This document shows, one piece after another, positions 22,099-33,112 of a stretch of 64,000 bases of DNA. The stretch is from assembly GCA_002269645.1 (NCBI GenBank), contig NIVC01000240.1, positions 310,001 to 374,000 of the forward strand, read 5' to 3'. This DNA comes from Macrostomum lignano. Its lineage: Eukaryota. Below the pieces are notes generated by a model, which worked only from the letters and a program-made list of their open reading frames with translations, searched no databases and had not been told where the DNA came from. A program made the translations under genes and the position numbers. How positions within the stretch are numbered: the stretch's first letter is position 1; each line of letters opens with the position of its first letter.

Positions 22099-24092
22099 CA
22101 CTGACACCTGATACTGCGGCCTGATTGGTGCATTTGTTGTTGAGTGTGGACTAACATTAACAACTGAATATTATTGTGCTGCATTTTGTTGAAAATTTAC
22201 TCTTTACATTGTTGTCTTGCCTGTACAATTTTGCTCAAATATTTATTAGTGTGCTCTTGCAATGACGATAGTAAAACGACTACTGTAAATGTGAAATGAG
22301 CCAAATCAACCGAGTTATAAAGGTTATCTGATTTTTTAAATTTTATATTTGCACTTCGCAAAAGAGCGGCTGTGCATAGTCAAACCATCAAAAAAACGAA
22401 AGCAGTGAATGAATAGGAAAATGCAACGTTTTTTTTTATTTTTATGACCCAAACTTCCCGTAAGCAAACGTAATCTCGGTTGATTATATTCTGCAACCCT
22501 TTATCGCAGGCAACTTGAACGCCAGTAGATCTTGGAAGCCCCCATTCACATCGCTTTCGAGCAATCATCCTCACAGTGACGCATGGCACTCTCTTCGAGT
22601 CTAAGCAGGTGTCATGGTGGAAGGTCGCTGCTCAGGAACAGTTTTGCTCAAGTAGAATGGCGCGTTTTGATGCTCAAGTAAGGATATCAAGTAGTTTGGA
22701 AAGATTCTGGGTAACGGCATCAGAAGTCAATTGCATCGATTTTCCAGCCGCTTTGGTTGTCCATCATCTGCATTTGCATACTCGGAGCGCCCCACGACTA
22801 TTTGGAGTCCCAAGAATTGTTACAAATAGCCTTTCTAAAAATATAGTGAGGAGATCCGGTAGTTGTGCTTTGGATCACTACGCAACTTCTCCAACTCTGT
22901 TGCTGTCCACTTTCGGGGAATTGCAGAGATCATTTTTCCATAATCTCCGGCTGTGCAGATGGATGGAGGAAATTAATTTAAGGTATATGTGTATTTGCCG
23001 TATCACCTATTAGTGCCTATAACTCTAGAAAAGATATTGAGCTTCAGTGTCGTCCTTGAAAAGCAAAGGCGTTTTTAATAGAAAAAATCTTGAACGAGAT
23101 AGCCAATCTAATAAATGCGTCTGCATCAGTAATCTTTTTTAAAATTAATAATGACAACCTCATTTCTTTCGGCTTGCAACTTTTAACTGCCGAGCTTAAA
23201 ACAAGTATTTTCAAATTGAAAAGATAATCGTTGTACAGTACGCAAAAGTAATCAAACAGAACAGTTTATTAATTAAACTATTGAAAAATTAGTTTTTCAC
23301 CGCACTAAGCAACAAGTAAAATTTGCTAAGCTGACGAGTGTAATGGATTTGAAATCTTCAAAAAATGCATGAATTCTCCGAAAACTTAGAGAGTCCTGCT
23401 AGTAAATAGGTATTTTTTAAAACTTACCACTAATCTACTCCCAGAGCTGGATTAATTTTTTCATAGTAAAAAGCTGTAAATTAAATCGGCATTTAGCACC
23501 TATGCCTAGCCCATGGGCGCCTATTTAGATGCTTATAAAGGGTGTCCAGTCAATTTATCTGCTGCCAATTTGTTTGTTTTTCAGACGTCAGAATGTCAGA
23601 ATTGTGTACTGCCGGAACAAAATTTGGCTCCTTAGCTTCTGTACACAAATGTACACCAATGGACTTATATTGCACACAAAAACAAAAAATGACGACCCAA
23701 ATTTTAAGCATGTAAACTTTTAATCTTTGCAAAAATATGTTAATAAAAAGTAAAAACTAGTTAGGCCTAGTCCATCATAGTTACACTATAGTTTGGATTG
23801 TGTATTAGGCCCTAGTGTAGGCTTAAGCCAGGTCTAATGCTGGAAAAAGTAATAAGACCTCATTTGTACTCTAGGACTAAAATATATCATTGACACTATT
23901 TCTGCTGTGTATATAGCTACACTAGGATGTACACTGAAAAATGGCAAGTACCCTTGTTTTATACTATGAAATCCTGGCATACATATAACCTTCCAAACTA
24001 TAATAGGACTTAGTTATATAAATTGGCTTGTATGCTTACTTACCTTGCACTACTGCTATACTATATCAATTGTTACATACTATATGCTATTA

Positions 24093-24345
24093 CATCTTTT
24101 CACATTCAATTTTGATCAAAGTCCAATTCTTAAAAAACTAGCAGAAATTCAATTTAGACAACTTAGACTGGGCCTGGGGCAACACTTATTGAAAATCAAT
24201 AAAAACAAACCCCAGTTCAAAACATTCTGCCAACAAAGCAAGGTTTAGCCATAGACAAAATTGTCTCCAGTTTGTATTGTCTAAATTGAATTTCCACTAG
24301 TTCTTTTAAAACTAGACTTTGATCAAAATTGAATATGAAAAGGTA
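24093..24345. mobile_element. AT-rich foldback/MITE-like element
   Basis: Inverted arms of about 76 bp at 24096-24171 and 24267-24342 with scattered mismatches; possible TA flanks. Confidence 0.6.
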
Positions 24346-25901
24346 TACTAGCACTAGGTGCAAATCTGTATTAGACATTGTCACCATTTGTGATAATGGC
24401 CATTGGCTGCAAAAAGACAAAAAATAAATTGAAGGAAAGTTTATTATGCAAAAACTAAAGTTGCTTTTATTTCTATATATTCTTTAAAAAAAGATTTTTG
24501 AACTACAGAAGCATTTTTCTATAATTTTTATTCTTTGTTTTACTTTTATTTTCTTTTTAAATTGCAAAAGCCTACTTTTTTATTTCATTTTTGTTTTTGT
24601 TAAAATTTAAAAAAATCTTTGATTAAAATTAACTTGCTTTTTATATGCCAAACCTAAACTAATTTTAGTGAACTTGGCAACTTCAGACTTTTAAACTTGG
24701 TTAAAAAAATCTATATGTTAAGATTCTCAATAAGGGGCAAAATATGCTTGAATTTTGTAATGCCTGATACTATGGACTATAAATAACCTTAAACCATAAT
24801 AAATGTCATTCAAAATATATGCCAAAACAAGAAATAGCTAATAAAAAGTTAAAGCTAACATATCCCAATAGAAACATTAGTCAATTTTATATCAACTTTA
24901 ATTAATCTACTAGTTGTTAACCCAATCTATGCTTAAGCTTTTAATGTATCTTATATTATTATTTTTCTAATGTTGGATTAATTTTGGCTTATAAAATAAG
25001 CTTAAACATAATATTTGGGTTAATACAATTTAAGAAAATATTTTATTCTATTGGGCTAGCAATTTTCTAGGATTTTAGCAAGATCCATGCAAGTATAAAT
25101 TAAATTTATTATCATTATAATTTTATTTTTATCAATTTACTTTAAAAAGGATTTCATTATAAATCAGTATATTTTTGCATTTCTCATTATACTGGCACAT
25201 ACTCTTAGATTGTTTCATAATTTTTATAAGTTAGTATTTTCTTATATTGTTAGCACTTAATTGAAATCATTAAAATTGGTATCATTTTAATATTAGTGAT
25301 AAATGATAGCTTTTTATAGCAATAAAATAATCTTTCAACCAAGAACCATCTTGGGACAACTTAATTATTCTATTAGTACTATCAAAAGACAGATAGATTT
25401 AACCTATATTAGTAGTAGTATAATGAGAAATATCTAGAGATAAGACCAATGGGGGTTAGCATCCCCTGTCTCTTTGGAGCAGCTCTAAAAATTACAGGGG
25501 ACCAAGCATATTTACCTCCCATATCATCCTTTACCCTAACCCTATCCCCAATTGCCTATGCCCCTAAGCTATGTTTGTGATTGTTTGCAATTTTAGAGGT
25601 CGCATTTGCATGTTATAGTGTATAAGATTTATGGCTTATATTGAATTTCTTAGGCCTAATCTGTAGAATGACTATTTGAAGTTTACTTACCAGTAGACTG
25701 GAACATTTTTTATATAACATTTGAAATTATTCTTTGATGATAAGCTGTAAGTGTATATTCTAAACATCTACCTCTTCTCTTGGAACCAAAACCAGTAATA
25801 GTCATGCATTAAATTGCATGTTGCCAGACCTTTGCTTTTGCCTGCATTGCAAAATTAGTATTAAATAGCAATAGGCCTAAAATCAGTGCAACACAGCAGC
25901 A

Positions 25902-26102
25902 ATGGGCAACACACTGCCTGTGGACATGTGCACAACATTCGATGTTGAGGAGCTGAAGCGCCTCGGCAAGCGATTCAAGAAGCTGGACTTGGACGGCTCC
26001 GGCAGCCTGTCAGTTGACGAGTTCATGTCCCTGCCGGAGCTGCAGCAGAACCCGCTGGTGCAACGAGTCATTGAAATATTTGACACCGATCACAATGGAG
26101 AG
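25902..26102 (+). CDS. PPP3R1: Calcineurin regulatory subunit B, exon 1
   Basis: MGN (myristoylation Gly2)...[49 protein letters not shown]; donor GAG|gtgcgc. Confidence 0.96.
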
Positions 26103-26289
26103 GTGCGCTGTGGCTATTTGCGGCATATACTATTGCTATATACTACTGTTGAATAATTAACTTCATTAAGGCACATCAAATTTGGATGACAGGCAAAATT
26201 TTCATTCTATCCTCCACACACATTTAGTAACAAAATCTATCAAGTTATTTAGGCGCTTTCATCGTTACACTAAAATAGAAAACGTGCAC

Positions 26290-26715
26290 ACAGCTTCACA
26301 AACTGGATACTTCACAAGCTAGACACTTTACAAACTAGATACTTCACAAGCTAGACACTTCACAAACTAGATACTTCACAAGCTAGACACTTTACAAACT
26401 AGATACTTCACAAGCTAGACACTTTACAAACTAGATACTTCACAAGCTAGACACTTTACAAACTAGATACTTCACAAGCTAGACACTTCACAAACTAGAT
26501 ACTTCACAAGCTAGACACTTTACAAACTAGATACTTCACAAGCTAGACACTTTACAAACTAGATACTTCACAAGCTAGACACTTTACAAACTAGATACTT
26601 CACAAGCTAGACACTTTACAAACTAGATACTTCACAAGCTAGACACTTTACAAACTAGATACTTCACAAGCTAGACACTTTACAAACTAGATACTTCACA
26701 AACTAGATACTCGTA
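26290..26715. repeat. 32-bp (16+16) intronic minisatellite (CTAGATACTTCACAAG CTAGACACTTTACAAA)
   Basis: Period 32 measured (26341 to 26373); lies in calcineurin B intron 1. Confidence 0.93.
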
Positions 26716-26949
26716 CTTCAAAGCGTGTAAAACAGCTATTTGCAAAATTACTAGTTTTGTGTAAACTGCTGCTAAAGAAGTCTTCTAGGAAATGAGATTT
26801 CTAGACTTGTTAAATTTCTTGCTATTTAACTGCTAGCTGTTGTAAGAAAATCTTAGCTGTTTTGTAGGATCACCACAGAAAGTCCTATTTTGCCTGTTGT
26901 ATACAGTCGGACCTACTCTGATCTAGCAGTTACTACCCGAATTTCACAG

Positions 26950-27084
26950 GTTGACTTCAAAGAGTTCATTGACGGCGTGTCGCAGTTCTCCGTGCGCGGC
27001 AATAAAGAGGCCAAGTTGCGTTTCGCTTTCAAGATCTACGATATCGACAATGATGGCTACATTAGCAATGGGGAGCTCTTCACG
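26950..27084 (+). CDS. PPP3R1: Calcineurin B, exon 2
   Basis: ttcacag|GTT; [45 protein letters not shown]; donor |gtgagg. Confidence 0.96.
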
Positions 27085-27104
27085 GTGAGGCTTTTGGGTT
27101 CACG

Positions 27105-28035
27105 ATGAGGGTTGAGAATCACTGTGATGGTTTTTAGATTCACAATGAGCGTCGGGAATCACTGTGATGGTTTTAGAATCACAATGAGCGTCGGGAATCA
27201 CTGTGATGGTTTTAGAATCACAATAAGGGTCGGGAATCACTGTGATGGTTTTAGATTCACAATGAGCGTCGGGAATCACTGTGATGGTTTTTAGATTCAC
27301 AATGAGCGTCGGGAATCACTGTGATGGTTTTTAGATTCACAATGAGCGTCGGGAATCACTGTGATGGTTTTAGATTCACAATGAGCGTCGGGAATCACTG
27401 TGATGGTTTTAGAATCACAATGAGCGTCGGAAATCACTTTGATGGTTTTAGAATCACAATGAGCGTCGGGAATCACTGTGATGGTTTTAGAATCACAATG
27501 AGCGTCGGGAATCACTGTGATGGTTTTAGGCTCACAATAAGGGTCGGGAATCACTGTGATGGTTTTAGAATCACAATGAGCGTCGGGAATCACTGTGATG
27601 GTTTTAGATTCACAATGAGCGTCGGGAATCACTGATGGTTTTAGGCTCACAATAAGGGTCGGGAATCACTGATGGTTTTAGGTTCACAATAAGGGTCGGG
27701 AATCACTGATGGTTTTAGGTTCACAATAAGGGTCGGGAATCACTGATGGTTTTAGGTTCACAATAAGGGTCGGGAATCACTGATGGTTTTAGGTTCACAA
27801 TAAGGGTCGGGAATCACTGTGATGGTTTTAGATTCACAATGAGCGTCGGGAATCACTGTGATGGTTTTAGATTCACAATGAGCGTCGGAAATTACTGTGA
27901 TGGTTTTAGATTCACGATGAGCGTCGGAAATTACTGTGATGGTTTTAGATTCACAATGAGCGTCGGGAATCACTGTGATGGTTTTAGATTCACAATGAGG
28001 GTTGCGAAGCACTGTGATGGTTTTAGAATCACAAT
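27105..28035. repeat. 39-bp intronic minisatellite (GGGAATCACTGTGATGGTTTTAGATTCACAATGAGCGTC)
   Basis: About 23 copies filling calcineurin B intron 2. Confidence 0.94.
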
Positions 28036-28132
28036 GGGGGTTAAAATCGCTATTGTTTCCACTCTAATGATGAAGCTGATGTCACCTGACAACTCTAAAG
28101 CAGAACTCCTCATGCAAACCGCTATCTGGCAG

Positions 28133-28303
28133 GTGCTGAAGATGATGGTGGGAAACAACCTGAAGGACGCTCAGTTGCAGCAGATAGTTGACAAAACTAT
28201 CATCTTCGCTGACAAGGACGGAGACGGCCGAATCTCGTTCGAAGAGTTTTGCGAAGTTGTGAGCGGCCTGGAGATCCACAAGAAGATGGTTGTGGATATC
28301 TGA
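28133..28303 (+). CDS. PPP3R1: Calcineurin B, exon 3
   Basis: ctggcag|GTG; [43 protein letters not shown]...KKMVVDI*; spliced protein is 168 aa with 4 EF-hands. Confidence 0.96.
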   Translation: MLKMMVGNNLKDAQLQQIVDKTIIFADKDGDGRISFEEFCEVVSGLEIHKKMVVDI

Positions 28304-30069
28304 CCTAATCTGTGTGTTCATTTTTTAAGGCCTTAAATTGTTGGAGAAGCTAGGTTTAAAGACGCTAAAATAAATAATGTCTTTTCCTGCTACTTAAAGC
28401 TTTTGTAAGTAGTTAGAGCGGACATTGTTGTCATATTATGCTTTTGGGCAGGAATTTTTACAATAGATTCCTATAATTCTTCAATTTTTTTAGACGAAAA
28501 ATTTTTTATGGGGCTTCTTAAAATACAATTAATCTCACTATTGGGGCGTTTCATGAGTTATTTAGTGTAAAAAAAGCAAAACTGTGTTTCTACAAGAATA
28601 TGTAAATCAATGGTCTCATTCCTGTTTTTGTTGTGTTTGTCATTTTTTCTTGTTCCCTTTTCTGTTTTGTGCTTTTGTTTCCTTTGTTTCAGTATATTTT
28701 ACAATTGAAATAATAATTCTATACAATTTTGACCATTCTTTAACTGAAAGAGAACATACTAGTACATACTAAATAATAATATCGTGTGCATTGATATAAA
28801 GTGCACTCAGAACAGGAGACCCTCCGGGTGCTATCGACTCTGGCACAAGATTATATTCATAATTAGTTAAAAATCCAGCAAGTTTTTTCTATTTATATCT
28901 GTTGCGTCATCATCAATGTCTATTAATAGCCTACAGCTGAATATTTTATTGTATTTATATTGAATTGTTGTTATTATTATTATTATTAATTACGATTATT
29001 GTTACTATTGTTAATGATTGATTTATCACGGACAATCCTGCTTTTGTCTTGTCCTGCTTCTTCCTTTTTTATATAATTTACTAAATAACTAATAATTGAA
29101 ATAATACAGTAACTAATTCTTCTCACAATCTTACTCGTGTTATTAAAAATATTATTCTATCATAACGTGGCTTACATTCTATACATTTTGTGCGATCTGC
29201 GCTAAAGCCATAACCTATCCAACAGACTGTACACTGATTTATACATATTATATAGCCTAATTAATATCTTCATTATTTCTTTCCTTAATTTTTTTACAAG
29301 CAAACTGTTAAACAACAATTCCACTTATATATACCTACGAGTATATTGGCTGCGCGTTGACTTTGGGCACGCATTTTTCCTCTCTGTCTGTCTGTCCTTA
29401 ATCTTTCTATCTCTTTATTATAGCATATATAATAGAGACAAGCGAAACTGTGTTTTTGTCTACTCCAATATCGATATACTACTTGCAGTATGCAAGCCAA
29501 ATCTACAGCAAAATATACACTGCCAGATGGAGAATGAGAATTGGTGTGCTTTTAACAGCGCCGGGCAGTTGGTTTTTCTATGTCTACTTAATCTATTAAA
29601 TCTATTGACGCTTTCTCGCGAGTAATTCGATTTGGAAATCATTGATTGATTGATTGATTGATATTTGATTTACATCCTGATTTTCTGATTTAGTAGAACT
29701 ATCAGAACCGTGTGTGTGCAGGTGTGTGAAATTTAAAGGCACTGACTAACTTACTATTCGGTCTTTCAACTGCAAAGATTTGAAAGGAGAGAGACATCTT
29801 TAAATGCTGAAAAATGATCAATGCGAATGTTTGGTTTTTATTTTAGTGTGCTTTCAAATTAGTTACAAATTACTGGTATTTGATTTAGCGCAATCCGCTC
29901 AAACTGTAATTTGGATTTTACCATAGACAAATTCCTGCGAGACAATCGTGCTTTTTTATAGCTGACCATGATTTTGCACTTGGAAAGGAGGGGTGGAGTA
30001 GGCGACTGAGGCAAGCTTGAAGAGCCAATCAGAAGGCAGCGAGAGAGAGAGATAAGACAAACTAGATTG

Positions 30070-30678
30070 CAAGAAATCGGCGAGAATTTTTTTAACTTGA
30101 GGGCTAGATAAAGCATAGAATCTAGCGACTGCGGGCCAGAGAATGGAGAGAGGACAGATGAGAGCTAGGAGAGTGGAGAGGAGAGAAAGGAGAGAAAAGA
30201 TTAGCAATTAGAGGAGAGTGGACATAAGGGGAGAGAGGAGGGGAAGAGAGACGAGAGGGGCGATGAGAGAGGAGAGAGTGGAGATGAGGGAAGAAAGGAA
30301 AGAGGAGATAGAGTGGAGATAAGGGCAGAGAGGAGAGTGGAGATAGGGCAGAGGAGAGTGGAGATGAGGGAAGAGAGGAGAGTGGAGATAAGGGCAGAGA
30401 GGAGAGTGAAGATGGGGGGAGAGAGGAGATAGAGATAAGGGGAAGAGAGAAGAGGGGCGATGATAGAAGAGAGAGTGGAGATGAGAGAAGAAAGTGGAGA
30501 GGAGGGAGAGAGGAGAGTGGGAGAGAAAAGAGAGGAGAGTGGAGATGTGGGAAGAGAAGAGAGAGAGGAGAAAAGAGAGCTGAGAGGCGACACACATTGA
30601 GCGGGCCGGATTGCTATTGTGAAGTTTGAAAGGGCCCCGAGGGCCGGATACACCGGAGCCGGAGTTCGCCGATCCCTG
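30070..30678 (-). mobile_element. hAT-type MITE (CAGGG(G/A)TCGGCGAAC family) with an expanded internal GA/CT tract
   Basis: Right end GTTCGCCGATCCCTG; degenerate left TIR near 30070; both ends resemble the reverse complement of the copy at 36675-36942; internal purine-rich tract at 30140-30590. Confidence 0.7.
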
Positions 30679-31042
30679 AACTAGACAGAGGGAGAGGACG
30701 GAGGGCAGATGAACTGAAGAACTGATTAAAGGAATTCGCGGCACCGAGTATCAGTGTATTTGTTTGTGTATAAGTATTTGTTAAACCTTCTGATGGTGTC
30801 GTGTCCCAATGTTCCTTATCCTGAACCATGTCTGATTGATCACCCCTGGCTAATGTAGAAACGCATTGATTCAAACGAAAGATGTACTGCTCATGTGTAT
30901 TCTAACATGCACATGTACAATCTCGCTTACATGCAATAAGTAATTGATGTTTCCGATCAATTAGCTGCTAGCTACGTTCGCCAATAAATAGTGCATGTAC
31001 AAACTTTTAAAGGCCGGCTTTGTCAGCCATTTTCAGCCCGTC

Positions 31043-31762
31043 ATGCAGCCGCAGCGTCCGCAGGCGTCGGCCTACCGGGAGACCGACTCGCTGGGCCACC
31101 TGCTCCGCCGGCTGCCCGGCCACTTTCGGCTCACCGCGATGGCGGCCACCGGCGACCGCCTCCTCCTCGGCACCGAGGCCGGCGTCGCGTTCCTCATCGA
31201 CCGGCGCGATGTCGACGCCAAGGCGACACCGGTGGCGTCTGCGCCGTCCCGATGCAGCACCGCCGCGATGCGGGCAACCGTCATTGCGGCTGGCTTTGAT
31301 GACGCCAGCGCCGTCATCCTGACGGAGTCGTCGTCGCCAAATGGCACGGCCGCGGCCGCCGGCCTCTGCGACAGCTGCGGCGCCGGCTGCGACGGCGCTT
31401 GTCGTCGTCTGGCCTTTTGGCTTGAGCCGCAGCAGCAGCAACAGCAGCAGCCCGAAGCTGCAGGCGCCGCAGCCGCCGCCGCTGCAGGTCACCGCGCCGC
31501 CGTCACGGCCGCTGTTGTTGCCGACGACTGCGGCAGCGTCTACTTTGGCGACGCCGGCGGCACCGTGTCTCGGACTGTGCTGCAATTCGACGGCGAAGTC
31601 GGCGGCTGCGAGTGCCTCAGCGCGGTGTTCCTGGAGGAGCTGAGCCCCGTGGTCCAGCTGGACCACCGGCGGGGCCGCCTGCTCGTGGCCAACCGCCTCG
31701 GCGCCGCAGTCTACACCGAGGACGCCGCCTGCGTCTGGCTTGTGGGCTCCCGGCAGCGAGCA
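31043..31762 (+). CDS. TECPR2: TECPR2 orthologue, exon 1 (N-terminal WD40 propeller)
   Basis: YRETDSLGHLLRRLP..LTAMAATGDRLLLGTEAG and HRAAVTA..GDAGG..LEELSPVVQLDH..LLVA parallel the TECPR2/HPS5 N-terminus. Donor GCA|gtgagt at 31762/31763. The start is either ATG 31043 or ATG 30995. Confidence 0.8.
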
Positions 31763-31844
31763 GTGAGTATATCTACATGCAGTATATCCGTAACACACAA
31801 ATAAACACAATATCATGCGTAACACAATAAACGCATGCTAACGC

Positions 31845-32335
31845 CTACTCATCTGAGTCCGAATCTACTCATCTGATTCCGAATCTACTCATCTGATTCC
31901 GAATCTACTCATCTGATTCCGAATCTACTCATATCTGAGTCCAAATCTATACTTATATCTGAGTCCAATCTACTCATATCTGATTCCGAATCTACTCATA
32001 TCTGAGTCAAAATCTACTCGTATCTGAATCTGAATCTACTCATATCTGAGTCCAAATCTATACTTATATCTGAGTCCAATCTACTCATATCTGAGTCCGA
32101 ATCTACTCATATCTGAGTCAAAATCTACTCGTATCTGAATCCGAATCTACTCATATCTGAGTCCAAATCTATACTCATATCTGAGTCCAATCTACTCATA
32201 TCTGAGTCCAATCTACTCATATATGAGTCTAAATCTATTTGCATCTGAGTCCAAATCTACTCATGTATGAGTCTGAAACTACTCACATTTGAATTGAAAT
32301 CGACTTATCTGAGTCCAAATCTACTCATCTTAGCC
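31845..32335. repeat. About 20-23-bp intronic minisatellite (TCTGAGTCCGAATCTACTCATA-like)
   Basis: Tandem diverged copies in TECPR2 intron 1. Confidence 0.88.
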
Positions 32336-32423
32336 CATGAGCTTCCCATATCTCAGTTTATCATCTGCGTATACATGTCTCAGCCTTCAAGCCGCTCCTC
32401 CTTCCGCCTTTGAACTCCTGCAG

Positions 32424-33013
32424 GCGCACCAAACCGTTGGACTTGGCGCCTGCTTCCTGCCGCCGGCGGCCCCTCGGTGACGCAGCCGGACCTGCTGGCC
32501 ATGAGACCCCGGCGCCGCCTGTGGCTAGCAGACGCCTGCGGCCGGGTGCGGCACACACTCCACCTTGGCGGTGCCGACGCCCTCCGCTCGCGGCCGATCC
32601 CGCTGATCAGCCCGGCCAGGTGTCGTCGCCAGCCGAAGTCGGAGTTGAGCCGAGCCGACGAAGCCGCCGCCGCAGTCTTCGAGAAGGTCGCCGCCCTGAC
32701 CATGGAGACTGAACCGGCCTCTCTTGCCGTCGTCTGGGGGCCGGACGCGGACCTGTGCGTGCTGGACCCGGCCAACGGAGTCGTGGCCGGCGCCACCGAC
32801 CTGCTCGGCCGGATCCTGACGGTGACGACCACGGAGGCGCTGTCGGACGGCGCCGGCGTGGCGGAGATTCTCGTCCTGCGCGAGGGCGCCAACCCGCCGA
32901 TTGTTCGACTGGCGATGGCGCCGCTGCCGCCGGATCAGCGGCCACCACCGGAGGCGACCGGCAGCGGCAACGGCAGCGGCCTCTTGTCGCTATTCGACAA
33001 CGTGTTGAAGCTG
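32424..33013 (+). CDS. TECPR2: TECPR2 orthologue, exon 2 (contains an apparent 1-nt frameshift near 32470)
   Basis: ctgcag|GCG gives GACFLP (TECPR2: GACFIP); a different frame then gives LLAMRPRRRLWLADACGRV (TECPR2: LYASRPGLRLWKADVHGTV); donor CTG|gtgagt. Confidence 0.75.
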
Positions 33014-33112
33014 GTGAGTTGGCCTGGTATGCTTGAAACTCTTGCTAAACTAATATTTACAGTAGTTGGCTTTGGCTCCGGCATTGTCCATGGGTTTTTT
33101 CTTCTTCCTCAG

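Noticed and set aside
22380-23100. ORFs 22576..23013 (+) and 22380..22589 (-) as a gene or transposase
   Set aside because: No recognisable domain; the - strand has short protein-like stretches broken by stops and I cannot classify them.
27100-28132. ORFs [11 protein letters not shown] / [11 protein letters not shown]
   Set aside because: Translations of the intronic 39-bp minisatellite; the real exon starts at 28133.
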